NCBI RefSeq assembly: GCF_000011805.1
Contig: NC_006841.2
Length of the DNA: 32,000 nt
Strand: one strand, 5' to 3'
Source of the DNA: Aliivibrio fischeri ES114
GTDB taxonomy: Bacteria > Pseudomonadota > Gammaproteobacteria > Enterobacterales > Vibrionaceae
Shown: positions 9,954 through 19,203 of the stretch, in pieces
Numbering within the stretch: position 1 is the first letter of the stretch
How the letters are laid out: every line of letters starts with the position of its first letter
The notes under the pieces: model-generated
Database searches by the model: none
The model's input: only the letters and a program-made list of their open reading frames with translations
What the model was told of the DNA's origin: nothing
Program-made: the position numbers and the translations under genes

Positions 9954-12513
9954 TTGTTATAGTTATTAGTTTTACGATAGCTCGCACTGTTTTAGGGCTG
10001 TAAGCTATTGTATTTTTGTATCCTTTTGCCCCAATTTTAAATACGCTGAGCATGCTGGATAACGGTTTGTCACTTTGATAGCTTTTTTGCCATTTACTCC
10101 ATACATCTGCACGGGCAAAAGTACATTGCACATAATCTATATTTTGTTGTTTTGTTAATGGATCCAACTGCAGCCCTAATGCTTTACCGTTGCTATAGCT
10201 TACTGTTGTAGGAAAAACAAAATGATGCTCACCTCTTTGCAACGCAATATTAAGTGAATGACCAGATGGCAAATCAAGTGAGACTGGTAATTCGACACGT
10301 AGTCCACCTAATGAAAAATCCTTAATGTCACAACGCACTTTATGCCCAGAAGATAAATGTATAGACATTGGAATATTTACGACCACACGATGATCTTTTC
10401 TCACCTGCTTTGACTCTTCTGCAACCGCAACCGCACCACCAAGTATCAATAAATTATAAAAAACCCAAAGTAAGTTAACGACAACACTTCCAAGCTCATC
10501 ATCAGGGCCCCAGCCTAGTCGATAGAGACCAAAGCCAATGCCTAAAACATTAAGAATAACAAGTAACCAATACGGCTTTGAAATGGACCAGTCGTAGTGC
10601 GTTTCTTCAATTAACCCACCTTTAGCTGTAACATTAAATGTCCCTTTATGCGGAGCAAACAGTGCTACAGTTGTTGGTCTTGCGATATACCATGACAAAA
10701 CGGTTTCATACACCTCCCCCCAAAAGGAATAACGATATTCCCCCTGCATTCGAGAGTTCGTCATACTTGCGTGAACCATGTGTGGTAACACATATAAAAT
10801 AATCGCCAATGCTGGTGCATAAATAATATACGTATGCATAATTAGGAAAACTAACGGCGCAAGCAAAAAGATAATACGAGGAATACCCGACAAGAAGTGG
10901 AGCATCGCATTGGCATAGCACAATCTCTGCTGCCATTTTAGACCTTTACCTAATAAAGGATTATCCACTCTAAAAATTTGAGCCATGCCACGAGCCCAAC
11001 GAATTCGTTGTCCAATGTGAGCAGATAAGGTTTCAGTCGCTAATCCTGCTGATAATGGCTTTCGCAAATAGGCTGAACGATAACCCAAACGATGCATTCT
11101 TAATGAAGTATGTGCATCTTCCGTTACCGTTTCTACTGCAATGCCTCCCACCTCTTCTAATGGTTCTCTGCGTAATACTGCACATGACCCACAAAAGAAA
11201 GAGGCATCCCATAAATCATTACCATCTTGAATTAAGCCATAAAACAAGCTGCCTTCATTTGGTACAACGCCAAAGTTTGATAGATTTCTTTCAAAAGGAT
11301 CAGGCGAAAAGAAGTGATGTGGAGTTTGAATTAATCCAAGCTTTTTATCTTTTAAAAACCATCCCATAGTCAGCTGAAAAAAAGCACGGGTTGGTATGTG
11401 GTCACAATCAAAAATGGCAACAAACTCACCTGAAGTTTGTTTTAAAGCATAATTAATATTGCCCGCTTTAGCATGTTCATTTGTCGGTCTACGGATATAA
11501 CCTACACCCACTTCTTTAGCGAATTCTTTAAATGAATCTCTTTTGCCATCATCAAGAATAAATATATTCAACTTTTCTTTAGGCCAATCAACACCTAAAG
11601 CTGAGTATACCGTTGCTCGAACCACATCTAGATCTTCATTATACGTAGGGATCATCATATCAATCGTTGGCCACGTTGATTGATCTTCAGGCAATGATGC
11701 TGGCTGTCGATTTAAAGGCCAAATGTTTTGAAAGTAGCCAAGAATAAGAACAATCCATGCATACGTTTCCGCTATTAAAAGTACACAACCTAAAAACAGT
11801 GCTAACGGATCATCCCAATTTAATGATGAGGTGTATCGCCACCAAATATAACGGCATGAAACCGTTACTGACAACGTAATCAACAATATAGTCGGAAACT
11901 TGCCTGGCATTCGTCGAAACATCATACCAAGAGACCATAATGCAAAAATGAAAAAAGCCTGTGCTGTTAAGCTAAAAGGAATCGTAAAACACAATAAAGC
12001 AAGCATACAAACAGCAACGCCTATAATCACATTAATCACACGTTCACTGACGATTGCACTACGTTTACTTACATTTTCCTTCTTTCTTATCTCACTATAT
12101 TTAGAATAATTTTCTAACCATGCAACAACGGAAGTCAGCCCTTTTAACGGAAAGTAGAAAATACGATTTATTTGTCTCCAAACATAGCTAATCCATTGAG
12201 TTAAAGGAATGTCTTGCGTTATTTTCTTAGGCTGAACAACAAGTATTATCCAAACTAATTGAATACACATGCGTAATGGATCTAAGAATTTTAGTTGTGA
12301 AAAATCAATTTGTGGAAATAAGTAATGTGGCAACTTCCAACTATCAACATTAAAAATGGTTGGCTTTAAAAAGCAAAAGCAAATAAAAAACCATAGTGAT
12401 AACACCAACTGGCTAATACCTGTTGCAACTTTATCTTGAGTATAAAAGTTCAATTGCAACCGGAATTCTTTAACGAATCTCGGTTGAAATAAAAATGAAA
12501 GCCAGCCAAACAT
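9910..12513 (-). CDS. bcsA: Cellulose synthase catalytic subunit BcsA (GT2 plus PilZ)
   Basis: GT2 motifs 'ILDDGKRD', 'FDCDH', 'TEDAHTS', 'GQRIRWARGMAQ'; PilZ motif 'RKDHRVVV...DFSLGGLRV'; multiple TM helices. Confidence 0.98.
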   Translation of the reverse strand: MFGWLSFLFQPRFVKEFRLQLNFYTQDKVATGISQLVLSLWFFICFCFLKPTIFNVDSWKLPHYLFPQIDFSQLKFLDPLRMCIQLVWIILVVQPKKITQDIPLTQWISYVWRQINRIFYFPLKGLTSVVAWLENYSKYSEIRKKENVSKRSAIVSERVINVIIGVAVCMLALLCFTIPFSLTAQAFFIFALWSLGMMFRRMPGKFPTILLITLSVTVSCRYIWWRYTSSLNWDDPLALFLGCVLLIAETYAWIVLILGYFQNIWPLNRQPASLPEDQSTWPTIDMMIPTYNEDLDVVRATVYSALGVDWPKEKLNIFILDDGKRDSFKEFAKEVGVGYIRRPTNEHAKAGNINYALKQTSGEFVAIFDCDHIPTRAFFQLTMGWFLKDKKLGLIQTPHHFFSPDPFERNLSNFGVVPNEGSLFYGLIQDGNDLWDASFFCGSCAVLRREPLEEVGGIAVETVTEDAHTSLRMHRLGYRSAYLRKPLSAGLATETLSAHIGQRIRWARGMAQIFRVDNPLLGKGLKWQQRLCYANAMLHFLSGIPRIIFLLAPLVFLIMHTYIIYAPALAIILYVLPHMVHASMTNSRMQGEYRYSFWGEVYETVLSWYIARPTTVALFAPHKGTFNVTAKGGLIEETHYDWSISKPYWLLVILNVLGIGFGLYRLGWGPDDELGSVVVNLLWVFYNLLILGGAVAVAEESKQVRKDHRVVVNIPMSIHLSSGHKVRCDIKDFSLGGLRVELPVSLDLPSGHSLNIALQRGEHHFVFPTTVSYSNGKALGLQLDPLTKQQNIDYVQCTFARADVWSKWQKSYQSDKPLSSMLSVFKIGAKGYKNTIAYSPKTVRAIVKLITITSEFLLTFKPKKVNF

Positions 12514-12516
12514 AGA

Positions 12517-13287
12517 TTATTTACCCTCTACCTCTTTCGCCGAAAAATGACTTAAAAGCCAAAACGATAATTCATTTATACCCTGAGATATTTGACTATG
12601 AGGAGCATAATTAAGTACTGGATTAAGCTGTGAACACGCATCTGGTACCGCAGTATCAAAATGTAAAAACATAGGTAAGCACTGCTTATCTAACTCATAT
12701 TTAAGCACCAACGACAAATCGACACTATTATCGCTTTGAGGTTGATAACCATTAATTAAGTAATAAGGTTGATAACGTTCTACAAATCGACGAAAAAAAA
12801 CGTTCTGCTGAATATATGCATAATTTTGTATGTCAGGCTTTGCGATGCACAACACCATATCAGCACTAGCTAATAATTCGTCATAATGCTCATTAAGCTC
12901 ATGCACAGTTGGTAGTAAGATAATTTGCCACATATTCTCAAGCTCAGGCTGAATAGGAAATATATCCAACAGACCTTGAGATGTGCTCATCAACTTTTGT
13001 TCAAATATAAGCCTTTCATCTAACGTTAATCCACCATAAGGAATAAATGAAAGAGAATTTGGGCTTATGTATGCTGCATTTTTCCATGATTCATCGTTAA
13101 GCCATCTCTTAGCCCAACCATCTTGCACTGACAAATCCATAGCAAAATGAAACCGCATTAAATTTTCAGGACGAACATCAATAATATGGACACTTTCATC
13201 ATTTAACTTTAATGCTTGGATTAAATTAGCAGCAACAGTTGTCGCTCCGACACCACCACGAATACCCGTTATTATTATTCTTTTCAT
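12517..13287 (-). CDS. bcsQ: Cellulose biosynthesis protein BcsQ (MinD/ParA-like)
   Basis: N-terminus 'MKRIIITGIRGGVGATTVAANL', a deviant P-loop resembling BcsQ; immediately upstream of bcsA. Confidence 0.9.
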   Translation of the reverse strand: MKRIIITGIRGGVGATTVAANLIQALKLNDESVHIIDVRPENLMRFHFAMDLSVQDGWAKRWLNDESWKNAAYISPNSLSFIPYGGLTLDERLIFEQKLMSTSQGLLDIFPIQPELENMWQIILLPTVHELNEHYDELLASADMVLCIAKPDIQNYAYIQQNVFFRRFVERYQPYYLINGYQPQSDNSVDLSLVLKYELDKQCLPMFLHFDTAVPDACSQLNPVLNYAPHSQISQGINELSFWLLSHFSAKEVEGK

Positions 13288-13499
13288 AGTACGGATTCTT
13301 TACTTATCGTTTCACCACTAACTTTATTCTCCAATGTATTAACTACACATTTTGGAGTTTCTGATAATAACTCTAAGGCTCGCCATGCTTTTTTTATTTT
13401 CTGATAACGTTCATTTTCTGTTAGCTCATTATATGAACGTTCATTAGTATCAAAGGCTGAAAATAAATCTGTAATATCTTGGCTAAAATGATTAGAGAT
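13284..13499 (-). CDS. bcsR: BcsR/BcsP-like small protein, about 71 aa, apparent non-canonical ATC start
   Basis: Manual reverse-strand translation: '(I)SNHFSQDITDLFSAFDTNERSYNELTENERYQKIKKAWRALELLSETPKCVVNTLENKVSGETISKESVL*'. The pattern 'DI..LF.AF....Y.EL......RW..L' fits the BcsR family. TGA overlaps the bcsQ ATG (ATGA). An AAGGA Shine-Dalgarno lies 7 nt before ATC. Absent from the supplied ORF track. Confidence 0.7.
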   Translation of the reverse strand: MSNHFSQDITDLFSAFDTNERSYNELTENERYQKIKKAWRALELLSETPKCVVNTLENKVSGETISKESVL

Positions 13500-13768
13500 A
13501 ACCTATTCCTTACTGGATATTGAATCCAAATTAATTTAACAATTAATTCTATTACATATAGCTATAGATATAACACTCAACATTTGTACCATTTGTGAGA
13601 ATGGGCGGTATATTTGTTTAGTTAACTTTTAAAGATAAATACATACTTAAAAAAAGAATATAAAATAATTCTCTTAATCAAGAATTTTAAATAAAAGAAA
13701 TATTCTATTGTTCTTTTTTTGTTATAGAAATAATCTCCAACAATAGATAAATATAAAAAATACAATGA

Positions 13769-15322
13769 GTGATCGTCATGCCACAAACCCCAAAAGAGAC
13801 TGATATAAAAGGGAAAAAATTAAAGTCTAGTATATACATATCTACTTTTAGCAATCGAACTCTACTAATCAACAATGTTAATAAGTTGATGATAAATGAA
13901 AAACAAAATAGCTTTATTTGTTTTTCCACACTGGAATCATTCATGAAATCATTGAATGATAAGTTTATACATTTATTTAAATCCACTTTAAATAAATATT
14001 GTGAAAACATATTTTTCGCAAAAAATAAAAGCATTACCTCATTGATATCATTAACTAATGACATTACAAGATTGCAAACTAAAAAACATGGCACCATAAC
14101 AGTTACGATTCCAGACAACATTTTTACAACAAAAAATGAGTCAGATGTTATATTCTTTATAAAAAAGCTAAACGAATGGTCAATTAAAAACACGTCTACA
14201 ATAAACTTGTTTGTTTATGGTCGAGATACACACTTAATAAAAAAATCAATTACACAAAATCCTAATCTTAGTGTTGGTTACGCTAATTACCAAAGCATTG
14301 ATAAAAATACATATTTAGAGCACGTATATTATTGGGGATTAAATACAGGAATGAATGGAGAAAGCGAAACCTACCATTCACTCCACAACAATAGCGCAAC
14401 AAATTACAACATAAAACATCCGCATTCATTATCATCATCAGCTAATCTTGACGATGAAGATACCGTTTATATTGCAAAAACCGCCATTGAATACGGTTAT
14501 AAAATACCCGACACCATGATCTGTGCCTCTACAAATGTTGAACTAGTCAACAGTCTAACTAGCGTGTCAAAGGCTGCTATTGTATTAAGTTGCTCAGAGC
14601 AAAATGATGTATCTGAATTAGGTATGCAGGCGTTTCAATTACGTCAACGGTATGGACAACAGATCAAAATCATTATTAAAGAGATGAAACCATGCCTACG
14701 TTACGCTGATGAAATGTATTTACTGCAAGCAGGCATTAACCTAATTGTTCATTTTGGAACTCGTTTTTCTAGAATGCAAAGCGGTATTGAGATGTTAAAG
14801 GGCCAAATATTCACTCGCCCGTTACCGAGTTCTATTGAAGAATTACTAAGCTTTCATGTTGAAACTATCGCCGTTAAGGGCTTTGTTGATTTCAATAGTT
14901 TTATCTACTATACCAAAACCTTCTTATCACAATTAGAAACGTCACAAACACAATTTGCGTTAATCAAACTCGAACGTCTTCCAAATATTAAAATCGCGAA
15001 TTATCTATCAATGTGTAGTATCCAAAGAGAAGGGGATATTATGACCATCACTAATGACTCTATGTACCTATTTTTACAAGGAGTCCGCATTAATGATCTT
15101 GCGACGGCACTACACAATATTTTTAAATTGCCAATTCAAGATATCTTCATTAGTGAAACGAGTTTTACCTCAATAGGTAGAATTGAGCATGAGTTACATC
15201 ATATTGAACAAAATGGCCTTACTATCGATAATATAACTTTAATCGAAAATAAAGAAAAAGAGCCATTATCAGCAATCCCACAACAAGCATCTCTTGCTGT
15301 ACATAAACCGTTGGATTTTTAA
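13769..15322 (+). CDS. bcsE: Cellulose biosynthesis protein BcsE (GIL domain, c-di-GMP binding)
   Basis: About 517 aa, divergent from bcsR/Q, followed by bcsF and bcsG; contains 'REGD' (codons 15026-15037) matching the RxGD motif. The likely start is the ATG at 13778 (MPQTPKE). Confidence 0.88.
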   Translation: MIVMPQTPKETDIKGKKLKSSIYISTFSNRTLLINNVNKLMINEKQNSFICFSTLESFMKSLNDKFIHLFKSTLNKYCENIFFAKNKSITSLISLTNDITRLQTKKHGTITVTIPDNIFTTKNESDVIFFIKKLNEWSIKNTSTINLFVYGRDTHLIKKSITQNPNLSVGYANYQSIDKNTYLEHVYYWGLNTGMNGESETYHSLHNNSATNYNIKHPHSLSSSANLDDEDTVYIAKTAIEYGYKIPDTMICASTNVELVNSLTSVSKAAIVLSCSEQNDVSELGMQAFQLRQRYGQQIKIIIKEMKPCLRYADEMYLLQAGINLIVHFGTRFSRMQSGIEMLKGQIFTRPLPSSIEELLSFHVETIAVKGFVDFNSFIYYTKTFLSQLETSQTQFALIKLERLPNIKIANYLSMCSIQREGDIMTITNDSMYLFLQGVRINDLATALHNIFKLPIQDIFISETSFTSIGRIEHELHHIEQNGLTIDNITLIENKEKEPLSAIPQQASLAVHKPLDF

Positions 15323-15326
15323 TATT

Positions 15327-15530
15327 ATGAATATTCAAGACTTTATTATTACTGCTGTGTTCAGTGGTCTAATTGGCCTTATTATTGGCTATTTTTTACG
15401 TGATATTATTTCATTTTTTTGGCGATTTTACACAACGAAAATCCGCCAACCAAAGCATCTCGTCCAATATCATTTTGAAGATATACAAACGCATTCCTCT
15501 CAGCTCGCAAGAAAAGGAAGCTCAAAATAA
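15327..15530 (+). CDS. bcsF: Cellulose biosynthesis protein BcsF (small membrane protein)
   Basis: 67 aa from ATG 15327: 'MNIQDFIITAVFSGLIGLIIGYFLRDIISFFWRFYTTKIRQPKH...'. Single TM, overlaps the bcsG start by 1 nt. The track ORF starts upstream at 15294. Confidence 0.82.
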   Translation: MNIQDFIITAVFSGLIGLIIGYFLRDIISFFWRFYTTKIRQPKHLVQYHFEDIQTHSSQLARKGSSK

Positions 15531-17158
15531 TGAATACACGCTCATCTCAACACACATTGAATGGCCTTGGCTGGTGGAATATTTATTTCATAATAAAAAT
15601 TGGGCTATTCTTACAAGGTATCATCGATTTTCATCCAATCGAAAACTTTGCATTAGTAGCTTTTTTACTGATCCCAATACGCCATAAAATACTAAATGTA
15701 ATTCGTCAGTTTCTAGCTGTACCCTTTGGATTATGGCTAATGCATTATGATTCATTTTTACCTCCGTTAGATCGTCTATGGAGTCAAATGGGTCAATTAT
15801 TACAATTCAATCTCAGCTATTTAATTGAATTAGCCTCACGATTTGTCTCGTTAGAAACACTACTTGGTTTATTTGTATTAGTTTTCGCTTATTATTTTTT
15901 AAATCAAATATTCCGTATCTCTGTATTTGTTGTCATTACTTTGATCGCGATAAGTCTTCCTTCTGATTTATTCAGTAGCCAACCAAATACAGTGGCTAAC
16001 GTTTCTCAACAACCAGAGAGCGCAGAAACTGCGCAAATTTCCGATCATCAAGTGGATGAAACTGGCCCCGTAAATGATGCTGTATTAAATAATGCAAAAG
16101 AGCTGTTTTTTAGAAACGAAGCACAACGTAGAGTCAGCTTTCCAACCACATCACCATCGACTGATTTTGATCTTCTTTTCTTAAGCATTTGCTCTGTCGC
16201 TTGGGATGATATTGAAATTGCAGGCTTAGAAAGCCATCCTCTATTTAAAGAGTTTGATGTTATGTTTGATAATTTCAGCGCAGCGACCTCTTATAGTGGT
16301 CCTGCGGTTATTCGTCTATTAAGAGCCAGTTGTGGACAAGAATCACATCCAGAATTATTCAAAGCTCCAGCATCGAAACAGTGCTTCTTATTTGATAACT
16401 TGGCGAAACTTGGATTCCAAGAAAACCTTTTATTAAACCACGATGGTAAATTTGATGACTTCCTTGGTTTATTAAAAGAAGATGGTGATCTAAAAGCACC
16501 TTTAATGTCTCAAGCAGGATTAACTCAGTATCAATCTGCATTTGATGGCTCGCCGATTTATCGAGATAAAGATGTATTAAACCGTTGGCTAGATAAGCGT
16601 GAAAAATCACAAGATGGACCTACAGTTGCACTGTACAACACCATATCTCTACATGATGGTAACCGTATCATTAAGGCCAGTGGTAAAGTCGGCCTAGTCA
16701 GTTACAAACTGCGATTAAAAAATCTATTAGATGATTTATATGACTTCTTCCAAGAACTCAAAGCATCAAATCGAAATATTGTCGTAATGTTAGTTCCCGA
16801 ACATGGCGCTGGTATGCGTGGAGATAAAATGCAAATTGCAGGTATGCGTGAAATTCCATCAGCAACCATTGTGCATACTCCTGTTGGAATGAAAATTTTC
16901 GGCCAAGGTATGACACGATTGGGTAGTACCGCACATATCTCTGCTCCATCAAGCTACTTAGCGGTATCGACATTAGTAAGCCGTATTATTGAAGAAGACA
17001 TATACGCAACGAAAACATTTAATACTGCAGAGTTAGTAAAAGACCTACCTACAACAAAAATGGTAGCGCAAAACTCTGGGACTACCGTTATGGAATACAA
17101 TAAGAAACCTTATGTGTCCCTTGATGGAACCACTTGGTCTGAGTACCCAACAAAGTAA
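15530..17158 (+). CDS. bcsG: Cellulose biosynthesis protein BcsG (phosphoethanolamine transferase)
   Basis: 542 aa; N-terminal TM region; 'NFSAATSYSGPAVIRLLRASCGQESH' and 'VMLVPEHGAGMRGDKMQIAGMREIPSATIVHTPVG' typical of BcsG. Confidence 0.95.
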   Translation: MNTRSSQHTLNGLGWWNIYFIIKIGLFLQGIIDFHPIENFALVAFLLIPIRHKILNVIRQFLAVPFGLWLMHYDSFLPPLDRLWSQMGQLLQFNLSYLIELASRFVSLETLLGLFVLVFAYYFLNQIFRISVFVVITLIAISLPSDLFSSQPNTVANVSQQPESAETAQISDHQVDETGPVNDAVLNNAKELFFRNEAQRRVSFPTTSPSTDFDLLFLSICSVAWDDIEIAGLESHPLFKEFDVMFDNFSAATSYSGPAVIRLLRASCGQESHPELFKAPASKQCFLFDNLAKLGFQENLLLNHDGKFDDFLGLLKEDGDLKAPLMSQAGLTQYQSAFDGSPIYRDKDVLNRWLDKREKSQDGPTVALYNTISLHDGNRIIKASGKVGLVSYKLRLKNLLDDLYDFFQELKASNRNIVVMLVPEHGAGMRGDKMQIAGMREIPSATIVHTPVGMKIFGQGMTRLGSTAHISAPSSYLAVSTLVSRIIEEDIYATKTFNTAELVKDLPTTKMVAQNSGTTVMEYNKKPYVSLDGTTWSEYPTK

Positions 17159-17285
17159 ACTAACAAAAACAAATACAATCATCTAGATGAATCAACGGTT
17201 TTTGATTAAATATCCTTACCCTGATAATATTTGATCAAGAATCAATCTAATATGAGAAATTTTTCATACTGAAAGATAATAAAAT

Positions 17286-17315
17286 ACTGCTCAACATTAT
17301 TGCATGTTGAGCAGT
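17286..17315. terminator. Hairpin ACTGCTCAACAT-TATTGC-ATGTTGAGCAGT, probable terminator
   Basis: 12 bp perfect stem, 6 nt loop, in the convergent gap between bcsG and the 98 aa ORF; T-rich tail (ATTTTATT) on the minus strand. Confidence 0.6.
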
Positions 17316-17405
17316 TAGCCATAATTTCAACAAACTATAGTTTGCTTCTTATAAATACCATTTCTATATCTTTATCCAAATAAAATGTAGAACCAAGAAA
17401 TGCAT

Positions 17406-17702
17406 TCATGTAACATATGAAACATTCATATTATCAGGTACAGGTATCATTGAATTTATAAGATTAAAAATAACTTCATAGGCATCATCGTTTTCACTAT
17501 GGTATGAAAACTGTAATTCAATATTCAGCAATCGATATAAATTAAGTTCTATTGTTCTTCTTTCTGTATTCTCTAAATACTTACTTTTAATAAAATAAAA
17601 CTTAACAAATAACCGCAACTCATCAATATGATTCCCCTCTTGTCCTGTTAAGGCTTGATACTCTTCAATCTTATTTAAAACTTCATCCAATTTCACTTTC
17701 AT
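17406..17702 (-). CDS. Hypothetical protein, 98 aa
   Basis: Complete ORF; predicted mostly helical; no recognised family. Confidence 0.5.
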   Translation of the reverse strand: MKVKLDEVLNKIEEYQALTGQEGNHIDELRLFVKFYFIKSKYLENTERRTIELNLYRLLNIELQFSYHSENDDAYEVIFNLINSMIPVPDNMNVSYVT

Positions 17703-17861
17703 TTACCACTTGAGTATGATGTAAATAAATAATACAAAAATTCGCTCACAATTATATATATAAACGCGCAAAAAATAACACATAATGCACAACTATAACC
17801 CAATGCATAAAACAAGTTAACATTTGCACAAATTAAAAACACCAATACTACAAAAGCATTA

Positions 17862-17897
17862 TTATTGATATTGTCTAATGTTAGACAATATCAATAA
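17862..17897. promoter_or_regulatory. Operator-like palindrome TTATTGATATTGTCTAA-TG-TTAGACAATATCAATAA
   Basis: 17 bp perfect arms with a 2 nt spacer, directly upstream of tpx. Confidence 0.75.
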
Positions 17898-17911
17898 AAT
17901 AATCATATAAT
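17882..17911 (+). promoter_or_regulatory. Predicted sigma70-type promoter for tpx pair
   Basis: -35-like TAGACA (17882-17887), 18 nt spacer, -10 TATAAT (17906-17911). Confidence 0.6.
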
Positions 17912-17929
17912 TTATAGAGAGAAGTAATT

Positions 17930-18436
17930 ATGAAATCAGTAACATTTCAAGGTAACCCAGTAGATATTTCAGGAAACTTTCCGAGTAAAGGGCAAACAAT
18001 CAAAAACTTTCTACTTTGTAACTCAGATCTTTCTGACATCACATTAGACAACTTTGAAGAAAGAAATCTAATTATGTATACCTACCCAAGTGTAGACACT
18101 CCTGTTTGCAGCAAAAGTCTTGTTTATCTCAACGCTAAAGCTAAAACCCTGACCAATACAACTGTTTTATGCATTTCTGCCGATCTACCATTTGCTACAA
18201 ACAGATTTTGTAAGAATGAAGAACTAACGAGCATTCAAACAGCATCTTTTTTTCGCTCTGAAAACTTTACAGAGGACTATGGCGTAAACCTAAATAAAGG
18301 CGTATTACGTGGATTAGCTGCACGTTCAATAATCATTGTAAACAGCATGGGAATAATCGTACACTCTGAACTTGTTGATGAAATAACTAATGAGCCAGAT
18401 TATGATACTATCAATGAAGTTTTAGAGACTTTATAA
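17930..18436 (+). CDS. tpx: Thiol peroxidase, atypical 2-Cys, cytoplasmic
   Basis: 'YTYPSVDTPVCSKS' (peroxidatic Cys) and 'ISADLPFATNRFC' (resolving Cys) match Tpx. Confidence 0.92.
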   Translation: MKSVTFQGNPVDISGNFPSKGQTIKNFLLCNSDLSDITLDNFEERNLIMYTYPSVDTPVCSKSLVYLNAKAKTLTNTTVLCISADLPFATNRFCKNEELTSIQTASFFRSENFTEDYGVNLNKGVLRGLAARSIIIVNSMGIIVHSELVDEITNEPDYDTINEVLETL

Positions 18437-19047
18437 TGAAAAAAATTACATTACTTATCGGCATGCTACTTTCCACAAGTGTATTTGCTGAAAAACAGTT
18501 TGAGATTACACAAAAAAATGCAGCGTTTGGTACTCAACAAACTGTTACCTTAGAAAATAAAGTTAACTTTAATTTATCTGGAAACGCAATAAAGGTCGGC
18601 GATTACTTTCCATCAATAGAGTTAATAACATCAAATTTACAAAGCTTCGACACTAGCGAATCGGGCAGAGTTAAGATTTACAGCTTATTAACATCTATCG
18701 ATACACCTGTATGTGTTCAACAAGCAATTGACTTAGCTAAATTCACAACAAAACACTCCAATATGAACAATGGAATCGAGTTTTACGCTATAAGTGCAGA
18801 CACTCCTTTTGCCCAACAAAGATTTATAAACAAGTATAATCTTAATGGTTTAAAATTCCTTTCCGACTCTATTGAACACAATTTTGGGAAAGAAACAGGA
18901 GCACAAATTAAGGAGTTAGGTCTACTAACTCGGAGTATCATTGTTGTAGATAAAAACAATAAGATAGCTTATTATCAAAGAGTTCCTGAATTGACAACGA
19001 TACCTGATTTAAATAAAGCGGTTAATATTGCAAAAACACTAATCTAA
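18436..19047 (+). CDS. Tpx-like thiol peroxidase with signal peptide, lacking resolving Cys
   Basis: Signal peptide 'MKKITLLIGMLLSTSVFAEK'; 'LTSIDTPVCVQQ' retained; 'ISADTPFAQQRFI' has Ile at the resolving-Cys position. Overlaps the tpx stop by 1 nt. Confidence 0.88.
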   Translation: MKKITLLIGMLLSTSVFAEKQFEITQKNAAFGTQQTVTLENKVNFNLSGNAIKVGDYFPSIELITSNLQSFDTSESGRVKIYSLLTSIDTPVCVQQAIDLAKFTTKHSNMNNGIEFYAISADTPFAQQRFINKYNLNGLKFLSDSIEHNFGKETGAQIKELGLLTRSIIVVDKNNKIAYYQRVPELTTIPDLNKAVNIAKTLI

Positions 19048-19058
19048 TTAAATCAAAA

Positions 19059-19086
19059 AAATAGCCTGCTAATAAGCAGGCTATTT
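19059..19086. terminator. Rho-independent terminator between convergent genes
   Basis: AAATAGCCTGCT-AATA-AGCAGGCTATTT perfect 12 bp stem, flanked by an A-run (left) and a T-rich stretch (right). Confidence 0.85.
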
Positions 19087-19203
19087 CTCTTTCATAATTA
19101 CCCATAATTAAGATATTCTCTCATGGATAGCTTATCACTGATATCCTATCATAATAGCGGCTACGAATGTAATAATTATGGGGTGGGAGTAAATCCCACC
19201 AAA

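Noticed and set aside
10706-12109. Several 69-104 aa ORFs (plus and minus frames) inside bcsA
   Set aside because: bcsA is strongly supported on the minus strand; these are shadow ORFs.
12517-13287. Unusual P-loop GIRGGVGATT in BcsQ as a novelty
   Set aside because: Loss of the canonical Walker lysine is also seen in E. coli BcsQ (GVRGGVGTTT), so this appears to be a family property rather than a local oddity.
13705-14193. 162 aa minus-strand ORF
   Set aside because: It is antisense to the start of bcsE; the composition is a hydrophobic mirror of the AT-rich sense strand and it has no recognisable motifs.
16359-16973. Two antisense ORFs inside bcsG
   Set aside because: Shadow ORFs opposite well-conserved bcsG sequence.
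17202-17238. AT-rich inverted repeat TTGATTAAATAT / ATATTTGATCAA
   Set aside because: Contains a mismatch/wobble and is AT-only in much of its length; it could arise by chance. The nearby GC-containing hairpin at 17286-17315 is the better terminator candidate.
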